Origin: a virus
Taxonomy: Duplodnaviria > Caudoviricetes
Strand: one strand, 5' to 3'
Length of the DNA: 30,248 nt
Virus record (IMG/VR): IMGVR_UViG_3300020137_000031
Span: 1 to 30,248 of that record
The stretch's first letter is position 1; every line of letters begins with the position of its first letter. The position numbers and the translations under genes are program-made. This document shows positions 14,595-24,189 of this stretch, piece by piece. A model generated the notes under the pieces. It had not been told where the DNA came from and did no database searches. It worked only from the letters and a program-made list of their open reading frames with translations.

Positions 14595-15833
14595 ATGGCC
14601 ATGACCGTAGACGAGCTGTTGGCCGAAGTCACCCGCAAGCTCAACGAGAGCGGCGACGCGTTCGCCAAGAAAGCCGACGAAGCCCTCAAGGCCGCCAAGC
14701 AGTCGGGCGACCTGTCCGCCTCCATGAAGGACTCCGTGGACAAGCTCGCGTTGGAGCACAACACCCTGATGGCCGCGCAGGAGGAGTTGCGCGGTGTCAT
14801 CGACAACGCCGAGAAGCTGATCGACGATTTCAAGGCCAACGGTGGCCGCGGCCCGGCGCCGCAGAACGCAGCGAAGATGTTCGTCGACGACGAGAGCGTG
14901 AAGGCGTTCGCTGCCAGCGTGCAGGGCAACCGTCGCGTCTCCGTGCCGGTGCCGCGCGCCGCCATGACGTCGCCGACCATCACCGGCCCGAGCGTGCCTG
15001 GCCCGGAGCAGCGTCCCGGCATCCTGCCGCTGTTGCGTCCGCGCCTGTTCGTGCGTGACCTGATTTCCGGCGGTCGCACTACGGCCCCGGCGATCTTCTG
15101 GGTGCAGGTGACCGGCTTCACCAACAACGCCGCGCCGGTGGCCGAGAATACCACCAAGCCGTACAGCAACCTGACCTACTCGTCCAAGATCACCGCGGTG
15201 AGCACCATCGCGCACATGTTCAAAGCGTCCAAGCAGATTCTGGACGACATGTCGCAGCTGCAGTCGCTGATCGAGTCGGAAATGACCATCGGCCTCAAGC
15301 AGGTCGAGGAAGCGCAGATTCTCACCGGCGACGGCACCGGCGTGAACCTCAAGGGCATCCTGCCGCAGGCGTCCGCCTACGAGGCACCGATTACGCTGCC
15401 GGCGGCGGCGACCGCCATCGACACGCTGCGCCTGGCCATGCTGCAGTCGCAGCTCGCTCGCCTGCCGGCGACGGGCCACGTCCTGCACTATTCCGATTGG
15501 GCGGGTATCGAGCTGGCGAAGGACACCCTGGGTCGTTACATCATCGGCGATCCGCAGGGTAGCGCCGCGCCACGCCTGTGGGGTCTGCCGGTGGTCGCCA
15601 CCGAAAGCTCGGCGCTGCTCGGCAAGTTCCTGACCGGCGCGTTCAAGGCCGGCGCGCAGATTTTCGATCGCGAGGAGGCGAACATCCTCATCTCGACCGA
15701 GAACGCGGACGACTTCGAGAAGAACATGATCTCGATTCGTTGCGAGGAGCGCCTGGCCCTGGCCGTGTACCGCCCCGAGGCGTTTGTTTTCGGCAGCTTC
15801 TCGGCTGACGACGACGATACCAGCGAAACCTGA
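14595..15833 (+). CDS. Major capsid protein, HK97 fold with delta domain
   Basis: Coiled-coil N-terminus; IAHMFKASKQILDD, LWGLPVV, RCEERLALAVYRPEAF; RBS AGGAG. Confidence 0.96.
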   Translation: MAMTVDELLAEVTRKLNESGDAFAKKADEALKAAKQSGDLSASMKDSVDKLALEHNTLMAAQEELRGVIDNAEKLIDDFKANGGRGPAPQNAAKMFVDDESVKAFAASVQGNRRVSVPVPRAAMTSPTITGPSVPGPEQRPGILPLLRPRLFVRDLISGGRTTAPAIFWVQVTGFTNNAAPVAENTTKPYSNLTYSSKITAVSTIAHMFKASKQILDDMSQLQSLIESEMTIGLKQVEEAQILTGDGTGVNLKGILPQASAYEAPITLPAAATAIDTLRLAMLQSQLARLPATGHVLHYSDWAGIELAKDTLGRYIIGDPQGSAAPRLWGLPVVATESSALLGKFLTGAFKAGAQIFDREEANILISTENADDFEKNMISIRCEERLALAVYRPEAFVFGSFSADDDDTSET

Positions 15834-15840
15834 CCCGCCG

Positions 15841-15869
15841 CGGGCGCGACGTGGTCTACGTCGCGCCCG
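15841..15869 (+). other. 12-bp stem-loop after the capsid gene (mRNA stability or partial termination)
   Basis: CGGGCGCGACGT-GGTCT-ACGTCGCGCCCG, no U-tract. Confidence 0.7.
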
Positions 15870-15910
15870 TCATCCCCCCGCCTCGGCATTCCTCTCTCCC
15901 GGAGTCGATC

Positions 15911-16099
15911 ATGCGCGTCCGCGCACTCAAGCATTTTGGCGACAAGCGTCCGGGCGACGAGTTCGACACGAACCTGTCGCACGCGCTCGACCTTGAAGCC
16001 GACCACCTCGCTGATCGTGTCGTTGCGCCTCGTGCACCGGCCGCAAGCCGCACGCCGGCCGCAAGCCGCACGCTGTCGCTTAAGGGCCGCAAGCGGTGA
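15911..16099 (+). CDS. Small head-associated hypothetical protein (62 aa)
   Basis: RBS GGAG at 15901; MRVRALKHF...PGDEF; 18-bp exact duplication at 16037-16072 (PAASRT x2). Confidence 0.75.
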   Translation: MRVRALKHFGDKRPGDEFDTNLSHALDLEADHLADRVVAPRAPAASRTPAASRTLSLKGRKR

Positions 16100-16572
16100 G
16101 CCTTGTCACGCTCGAACAGGCGAAAGCCCAAAGCCGCGTGACCAGCGCGGCCGAGGACACCTTGTTGCAGTCGTATATCGACGCGGCCGAGCAGAAGATG
16201 GTGCTGTTCCTCAACCGGAACGTGTACGCCGACAGCCAGGCGCTGATGGATGCGGTTGAGTCGGCGCAAACCGCTGTGGAAGGCGCCTATGCCGCGTTCG
16301 GCGCTGCGACGGACGCCGCACACGCGATGGAGGTCGGACCGCTGCGCGAAATTGCACTGACCAAGGCATCCGACGACTGGAACGACGCCCTGGAGGCGTA
16401 TCGCATGGCCGCGCGCGGTACGACGCTGCAGCCGGCGATGGTGCAGGCCGTGCAGTTGCTGGTCGCCGGCTGGTATGCCAACCGCGAGAGCATGGCAGCC
16501 GGCGACCTCCCCGAGATTCCGCTGGGCGCGGTGAACTTGCTCGCGCCGTTTCGCGTGCGGATGGGAGCCTGA
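16096..16572 (+). CDS. Head-tail connector (HK97 gp6-like)
   Basis: LVTLEQAKAQSRV..ED.LLQSYIDAA; AVQLLVAGWYANRE; LLAPFR. Confidence 0.9.
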   Translation: MSLVTLEQAKAQSRVTSAAEDTLLQSYIDAAEQKMVLFLNRNVYADSQALMDAVESAQTAVEGAYAAFGAATDAAHAMEVGPLREIALTKASDDWNDALEAYRMAARGTTLQPAMVQAVQLLVAGWYANRESMAAGDLPEIPLGAVNLLAPFRVRMGA

Positions 16573-16573
16573 C

Positions 16574-16921
16574 GTGGCCACGGCTGCCGGTAAGTATCGC
16601 CACCTCGTCTCGTTGCAGCGCCCCGAGGGCGTCAACGAGTTTAACGAGCCGACCAAGGGTTTTGTCGAGGCGGACAAGGTGTGGGCGTCGGTGGCACCTG
16701 CGTCGGCATCAGCCGCCCAGTCGGCGCACGAGACGTTGGCTGCCGGCTCGCTGGTCGCGTCGGACTACTACCTGATCGAGATGTACCCGTACCCCGGCCT
16801 GACGCCCGACTGGCGCGTGGTGGACGAGAACAGCGTGGTCTACGACCTGGTGGCGGTGCGCCCGGCCAACGCGATGGACGAGATGTCACTGGTCGCGCGA
16901 ATCGGAGCGTCCAATGGCTGA
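16574..16921 (+). CDS. Head closure/adaptor (HK97 gp7 / SPP1 gp16-like)
   Basis: AGKYRHLVSLQRP, VWASV; synteny. Confidence 0.85.
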   Translation: MATAAGKYRHLVSLQRPEGVNEFNEPTKGFVEADKVWASVAPASASAAQSAHETLAAGSLVASDYYLIEMYPYPGLTPDWRVVDENSVVYDLVAVRPANAMDEMSLVARIGASNG

Positions 16922-17336
16922 CTTCACCTTCGAGGCGCCGAACCTTGCGGCCTATGAGCAGAAGTTGCTCGACTTGGGCACGAAGCAGGCGCGCGCCATC
17001 GGCCGCAAGGCATTGCGTAAGGGCACGAACGTCGTGCTCAGGGAAGCGCGTCGGCTCGTCAAGGCCGGGCACCCGGACTACCCGAACAAGATCACCGGCC
17101 TGCTCTCGCGTTCCCTGCGTACACGTGACCGGGGCATCAAGGGTGACACGATCACGTTCAGCGTCGATGTGACGCGTCAGGCGTTCTACGCCGGTTTCGT
17201 CGAGTACGGCACGGTGCGTTCGCGGCCGTTTCCGTTCCTCCGTCCGGCAGCCGAGGGTAAAGCGCAGGAGGTGGTGCACACTCTCACCGAGTCGATCGGG
17301 TCGGATTTGGCCAACACCTGGAAGCGGCCGACATGA
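16914..17336 (+). CDS. HK97 gp10-like tail completion protein
   Basis: TGLLSRSL, FVEYGT, PFPFLRPA. Confidence 0.88.
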   Translation: MADFTFEAPNLAAYEQKLLDLGTKQARAIGRKALRKGTNVVLREARRLVKAGHPDYPNKITGLLSRSLRTRDRGIKGDTITFSVDVTRQAFYAGFVEYGTVRSRPFPFLRPAAEGKAQEVVHTLTESIGSDLANTWKRPT

Positions 17337-17668
17337 CGCTCGAACAGTCGATCATGTCTGCGTGCTCGCCGATCGCCCCGACTTACCCCCGCGGGTCCGC
17401 TAGTCCGGCGCAACGCCCGCGTCTTACGTTTACCCGCGTCGTTGACGTGGATAACGGCCACCTCTCCGGCGCCGGCCCGCAGCGCATCCGCACGCAGATC
17501 GAGGCGTGGGCGGACACGTGGGCCGAGGCGCGTTCGCTTGCCGATCAGGCGGAGTCGGCGCTGCGCACTGCATTGGTCGTCGGCGCCGTCACGGGCATCC
17601 CCGACGACTTCGACGCGGACACGAAGCTGCATCGAGTGGGCTTCGACGTGTCTGCGTGGACTTCCTGA
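17333..17668 (+). CDS. Tail terminator (DUF3168-like)
   Basis: RTQIEAWADTWAEARSLA; located before the tail tube gene. Confidence 0.8.
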   Translation: MTLEQSIMSACSPIAPTYPRGSASPAQRPRLTFTRVVDVDNGHLSGAGPQRIRTQIEAWADTWAEARSLADQAESALRTALVVGAVTGIPDDFDADTKLHRVGFDVSAWTS

Positions 17669-17690
17669 GCAACCACCGGAGTAAACGATC

Positions 17691-18134
17691 ATGCCGAACG
17701 AAGCAGTCTCCACCCAGGGCTTCAAGCTCGAAATTGCCCCGCAGCCGACCGGGGAGGGCGATCCGGTCTATATCGAAGTTGGCCAAGTGACGGACATTCC
17801 CGATCCGTCACAGACCGCATCGGACCTGGACGCGACCAACCTCGCCAGCGCGGCGAAGGAATACATCGCCGGCCTGGCCGATTCGAGCGCCATCACCCTG
17901 ACCGGCCAACGCGTCGCCGCCAATGCGGGGCAGAACCTGATCCGCGACAACGTGGCGGCGGCCAGCCTGTTCCTGTTCCGCAACACCTACTCGGATGGCT
18001 CGATCTTGGAGTACCAGGCCACGATCAAGAAGTTCGGCGTTACTGGCAGCGTGGATGCGGTGATGATGTTTACCGCCTCGATCCGGCCGTCCGGCGCGCA
18101 GGTGTGGAGCGGCACGGGCGCGCCGACGCCCTAA
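17691..18134 (+). CDS. Major tail tube protein
   Basis: LDATNLASAAKEYIAGLAD; RBS GGAG; synteny. Confidence 0.88.
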   Translation: MPNEAVSTQGFKLEIAPQPTGEGDPVYIEVGQVTDIPDPSQTASDLDATNLASAAKEYIAGLADSSAITLTGQRVAANAGQNLIRDNVAAASLFLFRNTYSDGSILEYQATIKKFGVTGSVDAVMMFTASIRPSGAQVWSGTGAPTP

Positions 18135-18146
18135 GCATCCCCCGTT

Positions 18147-18175
18147 CCCGGCAGCGTCACGCTGCCGGGCTTTTT
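18147..18175 (+). terminator. Intrinsic terminator/attenuator after the tail tube gene
   Basis: CCCGGCAGCG-TCA-CGCTGCCGGG-CTTTTT. Confidence 0.8.
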
Positions 18176-18193
18176 CCCACGTGAGTGAAGTCC

Positions 18194-18589
18194 ATGACCC
18201 TCTTGACCAAGCAACAGATTCTCGCTGTCGACGACCTCAAGACCGAGGACGTCGACATGCCCGAGTGGGGCGGTATCGTCCGCATCCGCGAACTGACCGC
18301 CGAGCAGCGGCTGGAATGGAACGACCGCGCATTCAAGTCCGGCGTCGTGGACATGCGTGAATTCCGCCACGGCGTGCTGGCGCTGTCCATCGTGGGCGAC
18401 GACGGCAACCCGGTGTTCACGCAGGATGACCTTGCCGCGCTCGGCGCCAAGTCGGTCAGCGCCATCGACAAGCTGTTCGCCAGGGTCGATGCGCTGAACG
18501 TGCTGACGCCGAAGGCCCAGCAGGAGGCGGAAAAAAACTCCGCAGCCGGTGGGACCGGCGAAACCAGTTTGCCCTCGCCTGGCGCCTGA
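18194..18589 (+). CDS. Tail assembly chaperone (gpG-like)
   Basis: EDVDMPEWGGIVRIRELT; ends ..AEKNS.. at the slippery site. Confidence 0.88.
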   Translation: MTLLTKQQILAVDDLKTEDVDMPEWGGIVRIRELTAEQRLEWNDRAFKSGVVDMREFRHGVLALSIVGDDGNPVFTQDDLAALGAKSVSAIDKLFARVDALNVLTPKAQQEAEKNSAAGGTGETSLPSPGA

Positions 18590-18756
18590 ATTACGCCCAC
18601 CCGCGGCTGATGCTGCAACAGCTGACGTCGCGGGAGCTGGCGGAGGTTGAGGCGTACGTACGGATCGAGGCCGAGCCGGTCACCGCTGAGGAAAAGCAGG
18701 CCGCCGAGACGCAACGCCTGAAAGATATTTTCGCCAAGTTCAACGGGAAGGAATGA
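18194..18756 (+). CDS. Frameshift-extended chaperone (gpGT-like), -1 shift at A-AAA-AAC (18532-18538)
   Basis: -1 frame is open: KLRSRWDRRNQFALAWRLNYAHPRLMLQQLTSRELAEVEAY...NGKE, stop 18754-18756, 3 nt before the tape measure ATG. Confidence 0.85.
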
Positions 18757-18759
18757 CGC

Positions 18760-21700
18760 ATGAGCACCGTTGCCACCCTCGACACCGTGATGCGGCTGGA
18801 CTCGGCGGCCTTCCGGCAGGGCATGGTGCAGGCGGCCAATCAGGCGAACGCGTCGCTCGGGTCGATCAGCAAGCAGGCTCAGCAGACCGCCAGCGTACTG
18901 CTGCAGATGAAGCGTGCCGCCGAGACGTTCGGCAGCTTCTACCTCGTCAAGGAAGGCGTCGCATCGCTAATCGACGCGCAGAAGCAGCTGCAGGCGATCG
19001 ATTACACGTTGATCGCCGCGACCGGCTCTGGCGCGCAGGCCCAGCAGGCTTTTGGCTTCCTGCGCGAGGAGTCGCAGCGCCTGGGCCTGGTGCTGCCCAC
19101 CGCGGCGCAAGGCTTTGCGAACCTGAGCGCGTCGGCAACCGCAGCCGGCGTGTCCATGTCGGACCAGATGGAGCTGTTCGACGCCTACGCCCGCGCATCG
19201 ACCACGCTGCATCTCAGCACTGACCAGTCGAACCGCGCGCTGCTCGCACTGGAACAGATGTTCGCCAAGGGCAAGATTCAGGCGCAGGAGTTGCGGCTGC
19301 AGCTGGGCCAGGCCATCCCTGGCGCGGCGCAGCGGTTCCAGAACGCGGTCATGGAGATGACGAAGGGCACGGACCTGGCCGGCAAGTCGTTCGACCAGCT
19401 GCTGCAGGCCGGCGCGCTCACCACGTCCCGTTTCCTGCCGGCGTTGGTGCAGGCGATCAGCGAATCCGGCCGAGGCGTCGAGCAGGCGGCCGAGGGCCTG
19501 AACGCCCAGCTCAACCGCGTGCAGACTGCGTGGTTCGACCTCAAGACCGAGATGTCCGACGGCCTGTTCACCGACGCGGCCACGGAAGGCGCGAAATTGT
19601 TAGCGTCGAACCTCGATCACGTCGCCACCACGCTCGGCGTCATTGCCGGGCTGGGCCTGGCCCGCGTTACGGGCTCGGCGCTGCAGTCCGGCGCGGGCCG
19701 GGCGGTGAGCTACAACCAGCAGAACATCACCGGCCCGCAGATGGCCGCAGCCGCAGAGCGTGACTACGCCGCCGCGCTGGCGACGAGCACGAAAGAGGCC
19801 GCGTTGCGTGCCGAGCAGGCGGCGCTGCTCAACGTGGTCACGCTGGATAGCGCCAAGGCCGCCCTGGCGGATGCCCAGCAGCAGGCATTCGAGGCCGCGG
19901 CAATCCGCGACGCGGCGGTAGCCGAGGTGACCCGCGTCAAGACGCTGACGGCGCTCAACGAGGCGCTGGGCGTGAAGGTCAAGGCGCAGATGGGCGCCGT
20001 CACGCTGACCGAGCAGGAAACGGTCGCCGCCGAGGCGCTGGCCGTCGCCGAGGCGCAGCTGGCCAAGGCCCGCACGAGCGCTATCGCGGCGTCTAACGCC
20101 GTCGGCGCCGCGGAGGCTCGCACCGCCAGCTTGCGTGCCGCCACCATCACGGCCACGGAAGCCGCCACGGTGGCGGAGAACGCACTGGTCGTGGCGCAGG
20201 AGCGCGTCGCGGCGACGGGCCTCGCTTCGGTGTTTGCCGGTGCGGCCAAGAGCTTCGGCACCTTTGCGATGGGCCTCGTCGGCGGCCCATGGGGGCTGGC
20301 CATCGCCGGCATCGGCGCGGTCGGCTACGCCATCTACTCGCTACGGAAGCAGGCCGAGGAGTTCCAGAAGCAGACCGACGATCAGGTCAAGTCGCTGCAG
20401 GACTTGCGCCAGCAGCTGCTCGCGACAGCGGAAGCCTACGGTACGCTGCACAACTCGCAGACGCTGACGCAATCGCTCGACGTGTTCAAGAGTGGCGGCG
20501 ACCAGCTGGCCAAGCAGAAGGCCCAACTGGCTGGCCTGCAGAGCCAGGCGGAAGAACTGCGCAAGACGATCGCCGCGGCCAACACCAGTGGCGGCCTGGG
20601 CAGCGGCGCGTTCGGCGCGGCGGTCGCATCGCAGGCGCGCGACAAACTCGCCCTTGTCACGCAGGCGATCGCCGACCTGCAGGCGCAGGTCGGCCCGACC
20701 GAGGACGTGCTCGGCTCGCTGAGCACGAAGATCGGCAGCAGCATGGTGCCGCAGGTGGACGCGTTGCGCGGCGCACTGGACCGGCTCAAGGCCGGCGCGT
20801 CGTTGAAGGACATTCTCGGCGGCATGAATGCCGACTTCGACGCTGGCGTGAAGAACGTCGAGGCGATCCGCGCGAAGGTGCAGAGCGGCCTCTCCGAGAT
20901 GAAGGCGCAGGCGGACGCGCTGACCAAGGCGGCGGCCACCGAGGGCAAGAATAACGTCGACAAGATGCAGTACGTCCTCGACCAGGTGGTTGCGGGCATC
21001 AAGAAAAGCGGCCTCACCGCGGCGGACACCGCGAAGCAGATCGCCGATGCGACGGCCGAGGCTCAGCCGGCATTGGCGGCGGCACGCCAGAAAGACGCGG
21101 CGGACGCGGCGAAGAAAGCAGCGACGGAAGCGGCAGCAGCTGCCAGGGCGCAGGCCGAAGCGAACGCCGACCTCACCCACAGCCAGAACGGGCAGCTGCA
21201 GGGGTTGCAGGAGCAGCTCGCCGGCACGGCCAAGTTCAGTTCGGCACAGCGCACGCTCAACGAGATGTTGGCCGGCGGCAGCAGCGAGTTCCGCAAGCTG
21301 AGCGCGGCGCAGCAGGCCGACGCGCTGGCCCGGCAGCGTCGTATCGTGGTGCTGACCGACGAAGTCGCCGTGCAGCAGGCTGCGGTCACGGGGGCGAAGC
21401 GTCTGGCGGACCTGCAGCGCGAGCTGGGCGAGGAGGCTCGGCGGCGGGCTCAGACGAACGCTCGGTCGCTTGAAGGCATCGGGCATGGTGACGTGTGGAA
21501 CAGCCAGCAGCAGGCGCTCGAAGCGCTGGCAGACGCCTACGCCAAGATGCGTGACGCCGAGGACAAGGACTACCAGCAGAAAGTCGCGACCGCGACGGTG
21601 ACCGGCAGCCTCGCGCAGGTGCAGTCGGTGCTCGACGAGGACCACGCCGCCGCGCTCGGCAAGATCATACTGGCGCAGGCGCAGGCCACCGCGGCTCAGC

Positions 21701-22434
21701 GCCAGTATTACGCGGATTTGGCGCGCGAGCAGGGCGACTGGATGCTTGGCGTCTCGGCGGCGCTGGAGGACTACAACGACAAGGCGATCAACGTCGCCGG
21801 CTCGGTGAAAGAAGCCACCGCCAGTGCGTTCAGCGCGATGGAGGATTCGCTGGTCAGTTTCGTCACGACAGGCAAGCTCAACTTCCGGTCGTTTGCGGTA
21901 TCGGTGCTGTCCGACCTGGCGCGCATCGCAATGCGCGTCGCCGCCAGCCAGGCGCTGCAGGCCATCGTGGGCGCGGTCGCGGGGTCGTATGGCGCGGGCG
22001 GCTCCAACACGTTCGGCAGCGTCGGCACGGATTCGTCCGGGGGGTCGATCAACTTTGTGTCGCAGGTAGGCGGCCGTGCCAGCGGCGGCCCGACGTCGCC
22101 GAACTCGCTCTACCGGGTCGCCGAGAACGGCCACCCGGAGCTGTATTCGGAAGGCGGCAAGACCTACCTGATGACCGGCGCACGCGGCGGCATGGTCAGC
22201 AACGGGTCGGAGTCGGCCGGCGGCGGCGCAGGCGGCCCGGTCACGCTCAACTATTCCAGCGTGATCAACATCGCCTCGGACGGTGGCGCGACCAGCTCCA
22301 TGACCGACGACGCCAAGAACGCGGCCGGCTCGGCCGTCATGAAGCAGCTCAAGGCCGTCGTGCAATCCGAGGTGCTGCGCATGTCGCAGCCCGGCGGCTT
22401 CATCTACAACAACTTCCGACGGGTGACGGCATGA
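18760..22434 (+). CDS. Tail tape measure protein
   Basis: 1224 aa, Ala-rich and helical; KGKIQAQELRLQLG; lambda gpH-like C-terminus (FVTTGKLNFRSF) and ASGG..VAENGHPEL. Confidence 0.95.
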   Translation: MSTVATLDTVMRLDSAAFRQGMVQAANQANASLGSISKQAQQTASVLLQMKRAAETFGSFYLVKEGVASLIDAQKQLQAIDYTLIAATGSGAQAQQAFGFLREESQRLGLVLPTAAQGFANLSASATAAGVSMSDQMELFDAYARASTTLHLSTDQSNRALLALEQMFAKGKIQAQELRLQLGQAIPGAAQRFQNAVMEMTKGTDLAGKSFDQLLQAGALTTSRFLPALVQAISESGRGVEQAAEGLNAQLNRVQTAWFDLKTEMSDGLFTDAATEGAKLLASNLDHVATTLGVIAGLGLARVTGSALQSGAGRAVSYNQQNITGPQMAAAAERDYAAALATSTKEAALRAEQAALLNVVTLDSAKAALADAQQQAFEAAAIRDAAVAEVTRVKTLTALNEALGVKVKAQMGAVTLTEQETVAAEALAVAEAQLAKARTSAIAASNAVGAAEARTASLRAATITATEAATVAENALVVAQERVAATGLASVFAGAAKSFGTFAMGLVGGPWGLAIAGIGAVGYAIYSLRKQAEEFQKQTDDQVKSLQDLRQQLLATAEAYGTLHNSQTLTQSLDVFKSGGDQLAKQKAQLAGLQSQAEELRKTIAAANTSGGLGSGAFGAAVASQARDKLALVTQAIADLQAQVGPTEDVLGSLSTKIGSSMVPQVDALRGALDRLKAGASLKDILGGMNADFDAGVKNVEAIRAKVQSGLSEMKAQADALTKAAATEGKNNVDKMQYVLDQVVAGIKKSGLTAADTAKQIADATAEAQPALAAARQKDAADAAKKAATEAAAAARAQAEANADLTHSQNGQLQGLQEQLAGTAKFSSAQRTLNEMLAGGSSEFRKLSAAQQADALARQRRIVVLTDEVAVQQAAVTGAKRLADLQRELGEEARRRAQTNARSLEGIGHGDVWNSQQQALEALADAYAKMRDAEDKDYQQKVATATVTGSLAQVQSVLDEDHAAALGKIILAQAQATAAQRQYYADLAREQGDWMLGVSAALEDYNDKAINVAGSVKEATASAFSAMEDSLVSFVTTGKLNFRSFAVSVLSDLARIAMRVAASQALQAIVGAVAGSYGAGGSNTFGSVGTDSSGGSINFVSQVGGRASGGPTSPNSLYRVAENGHPELYSEGGKTYLMTGARGGMVSNGSESAGGGAGGPVTLNYSSVINIASDGGATSSMTDDAKNAAGSAVMKQLKAVVQSEVLRMSQPGGFIYNNFRRVTA

Positions 22435-22784
22435 CCGACACGTTCAACTGGCCGCCGCTGGTCGGGCCTGCCGGCGCCGGCACGTTCCGCGTGCGTTCCA
22501 ATCAGTTTGGCGACGGGTACAAGCAGGTGGTAGCCGATGGCCTCAACACCGAATCGCAGAGCTGGCCGCTGACCTTCCTCGGGTACAACGCCAAGGTCGC
22601 GCCGATCCTTGCCTTCCTTCGCGCGCACCCCGGCTACGTCCCGTTCTACTGGACCCCGCCGCTCGGCGTGCGGGGTCTCTACACGTGCGCCGGCTACGTG
22701 CTCACGCCCCAGGGCGGCGACGCCTCGAAGGGCGAGGACGTGTACCAGCTGCAGTGCACCTTCGACGAGTATTTCGTGCCGTGA
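22431..22784 (+). CDS. Distal tail protein (lambda gpM-like)
   Basis: QFGDGYKQ..DGLN, FLRAH, PFYWTPP. Confidence 0.9.
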   Translation: MTDTFNWPPLVGPAGAGTFRVRSNQFGDGYKQVVADGLNTESQSWPLTFLGYNAKVAPILAFLRAHPGYVPFYWTPPLGVRGLYTCAGYVLTPQGGDASKGEDVYQLQCTFDEYFVP

Positions 22785-23458
22785 CGCTGACCGCAGACCT
22801 CCAAACCCTCTCCCCCGGCGCGTGGGTCGTGCTGTGGGAGCTGGACATGTCCGCGCTGGGCGCCGGCAAGCTCTACTTCCACGGCTACCAGATGGCCGGC
22901 ACGATCACGTGGCAGGGCACCGCCTACGAGCCGTGGGGCATCACCGCGACCGGCTTCGAGGTGACGGGCGGCCAGCCGCCGACGCCAAAGCTCAGCGTGG
23001 CCAACGTGGACGGGCGGATCACCGCGTTGTGCCTCATCTACCAAGACCTGGTGGGCGCAAAGCTGATCCGCCACCGCACGCTCGCGAAATACCTGGACGG
23101 CCAGCCTACCGCCGACCCCGCCCAGGAAGCGACGCCGGACATGTGGATCATTGAACGCCGCTCGGCCGAGACGAACGTCTCGGTGACGTTCGAGCTGTCG
23201 AGCGCCTTGGACTTCCAGACCGCCCAACTGCCCGGCCAGACAATCATCGCCAATACCTGCGGCTGGCTGCTGCGTGGCGGCTACCGCGGCCCTTACTGCG
23301 GCTACACCGGGCCGGCCGTGGCGCAGCTGGACGACACGCCGACAACGAACCTTGCGCTCGATCGATGCGGCGGCCGGCTATCGAGCTGCAAGCTGCGATT
23401 CGGCGCCGACGCAGAACTCCCCTTCGGTGGCGCGCCAGGTGCGACGCTCATCAAATGA
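22781..23458 (+). CDS. Tail tip protein (lambda gpL-like)
   Basis: PKLSVANVDG, RTLAKYLD, C-terminal four-Cys motif (C..YRGPYC..DRC..LSSCKLRF). Confidence 0.92.
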   Translation: MTLTADLQTLSPGAWVVLWELDMSALGAGKLYFHGYQMAGTITWQGTAYEPWGITATGFEVTGGQPPTPKLSVANVDGRITALCLIYQDLVGAKLIRHRTLAKYLDGQPTADPAQEATPDMWIIERRSAETNVSVTFELSSALDFQTAQLPGQTIIANTCGWLLRGGYRGPYCGYTGPAVAQLDDTPTTNLALDRCGGRLSSCKLRFGADAELPFGGAPGATLIK

Positions 23459-24189
23459 CCGACCTCGATCCCGCCATTGTCGAGCACGCCCTCGCCGAGT
23501 ACCCGCGCGAGTGTTGCGGCGTGTTGCTTGAACGCGACGGCCGGCGCTGGTATCGCCCGTGCCGCAACGTCGCCGAGAAGCCCGAGGATCATTTCGCTAT
23601 CGCCGACGCCGATATGCGCTGCGTGCATGACGAGGGCGAGGTGGTCGGCATCGTCCACTCGCACCCGGACGCCACCAGCGAGCCGAGTCCGCGCGACGTT
23701 GTGCAGTGCCGGCTCTCCGAGGTGCCGTGGACGATCGTGGGCCTGGTGCACGGCCGCGAGGTGTCCGACTGGCGCGTGATTACGCCGGAGCCGGTGCCTT
23801 ACGTCGGCCGCCCGTTCGTGCACGGAATTCAGGACTGTTGGAGCCTCTGTCGCGACTGGTATGTTCACGAACAAAATCTCACTGACATGCCTGATCCGCC
23901 CCGCGCAGACGAGTGGTGGGACGACGGGACGAGCGATCTTTACCGCAACAACTTGGCGGCGGCGGGCTTCACTCACCGCGTAGCCGACTGGGCCGACATG
24001 ATACCGGGCGACCTGATCCTCATGCAGATTCGATCACGAAACCAGGTGCCCAACCACGCAGCCGTCTACGTCGGCGACGGCAAGATGTTGCACCACATGT
24101 ACGGCCGGCTGAGCCGCGTCGAGCTATTTGGCGGCTACTGGCAACACAACACCGTTTCCGTCTGGCGCCACCGGAGTCGCGCACTATGA
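23455..24189 (+). CDS. Tail assembly protein (lambda gpK-like; JAB plus NlpC/P60)
   Basis: PRECCG, HSHP..PS..D, DCWSL, NHAAVY, MLHH. Confidence 0.93.
   Translation: MTDLDPAIVEHALAEYPRECCGVLLERDGRRWYRPCRNVAEKPEDHFAIADADMRCVHDEGEVVGIVHSHPDATSEPSPRDVVQCRLSEVPWTIVGLVHGREVSDWRVITPEPVPYVGRPFVHGIQDCWSLCRDWYVHEQNLTDMPDPPRADEWWDDGTSDLYRNNLAAAGFTHRVADWADMIPGDLILMQIRSRNQVPNHAAVYVGDGKMLHHMYGRLSRVELFGGYWQHNTVSVWRHRSRAL

Noticed and set aside
16037-16072. 18-bp exact duplication
   Set aside because: In-frame duplication in a low-complexity protein tail; no sign of function.
20341-22365. 674-aa antisense ORF and other long antisense ORFs (e.g. 12566-13765, 14337-15488, 25328-26647)
   Set aside because: Shadow ORFs expected opposite high-GC3 genes; no recognisable motifs.
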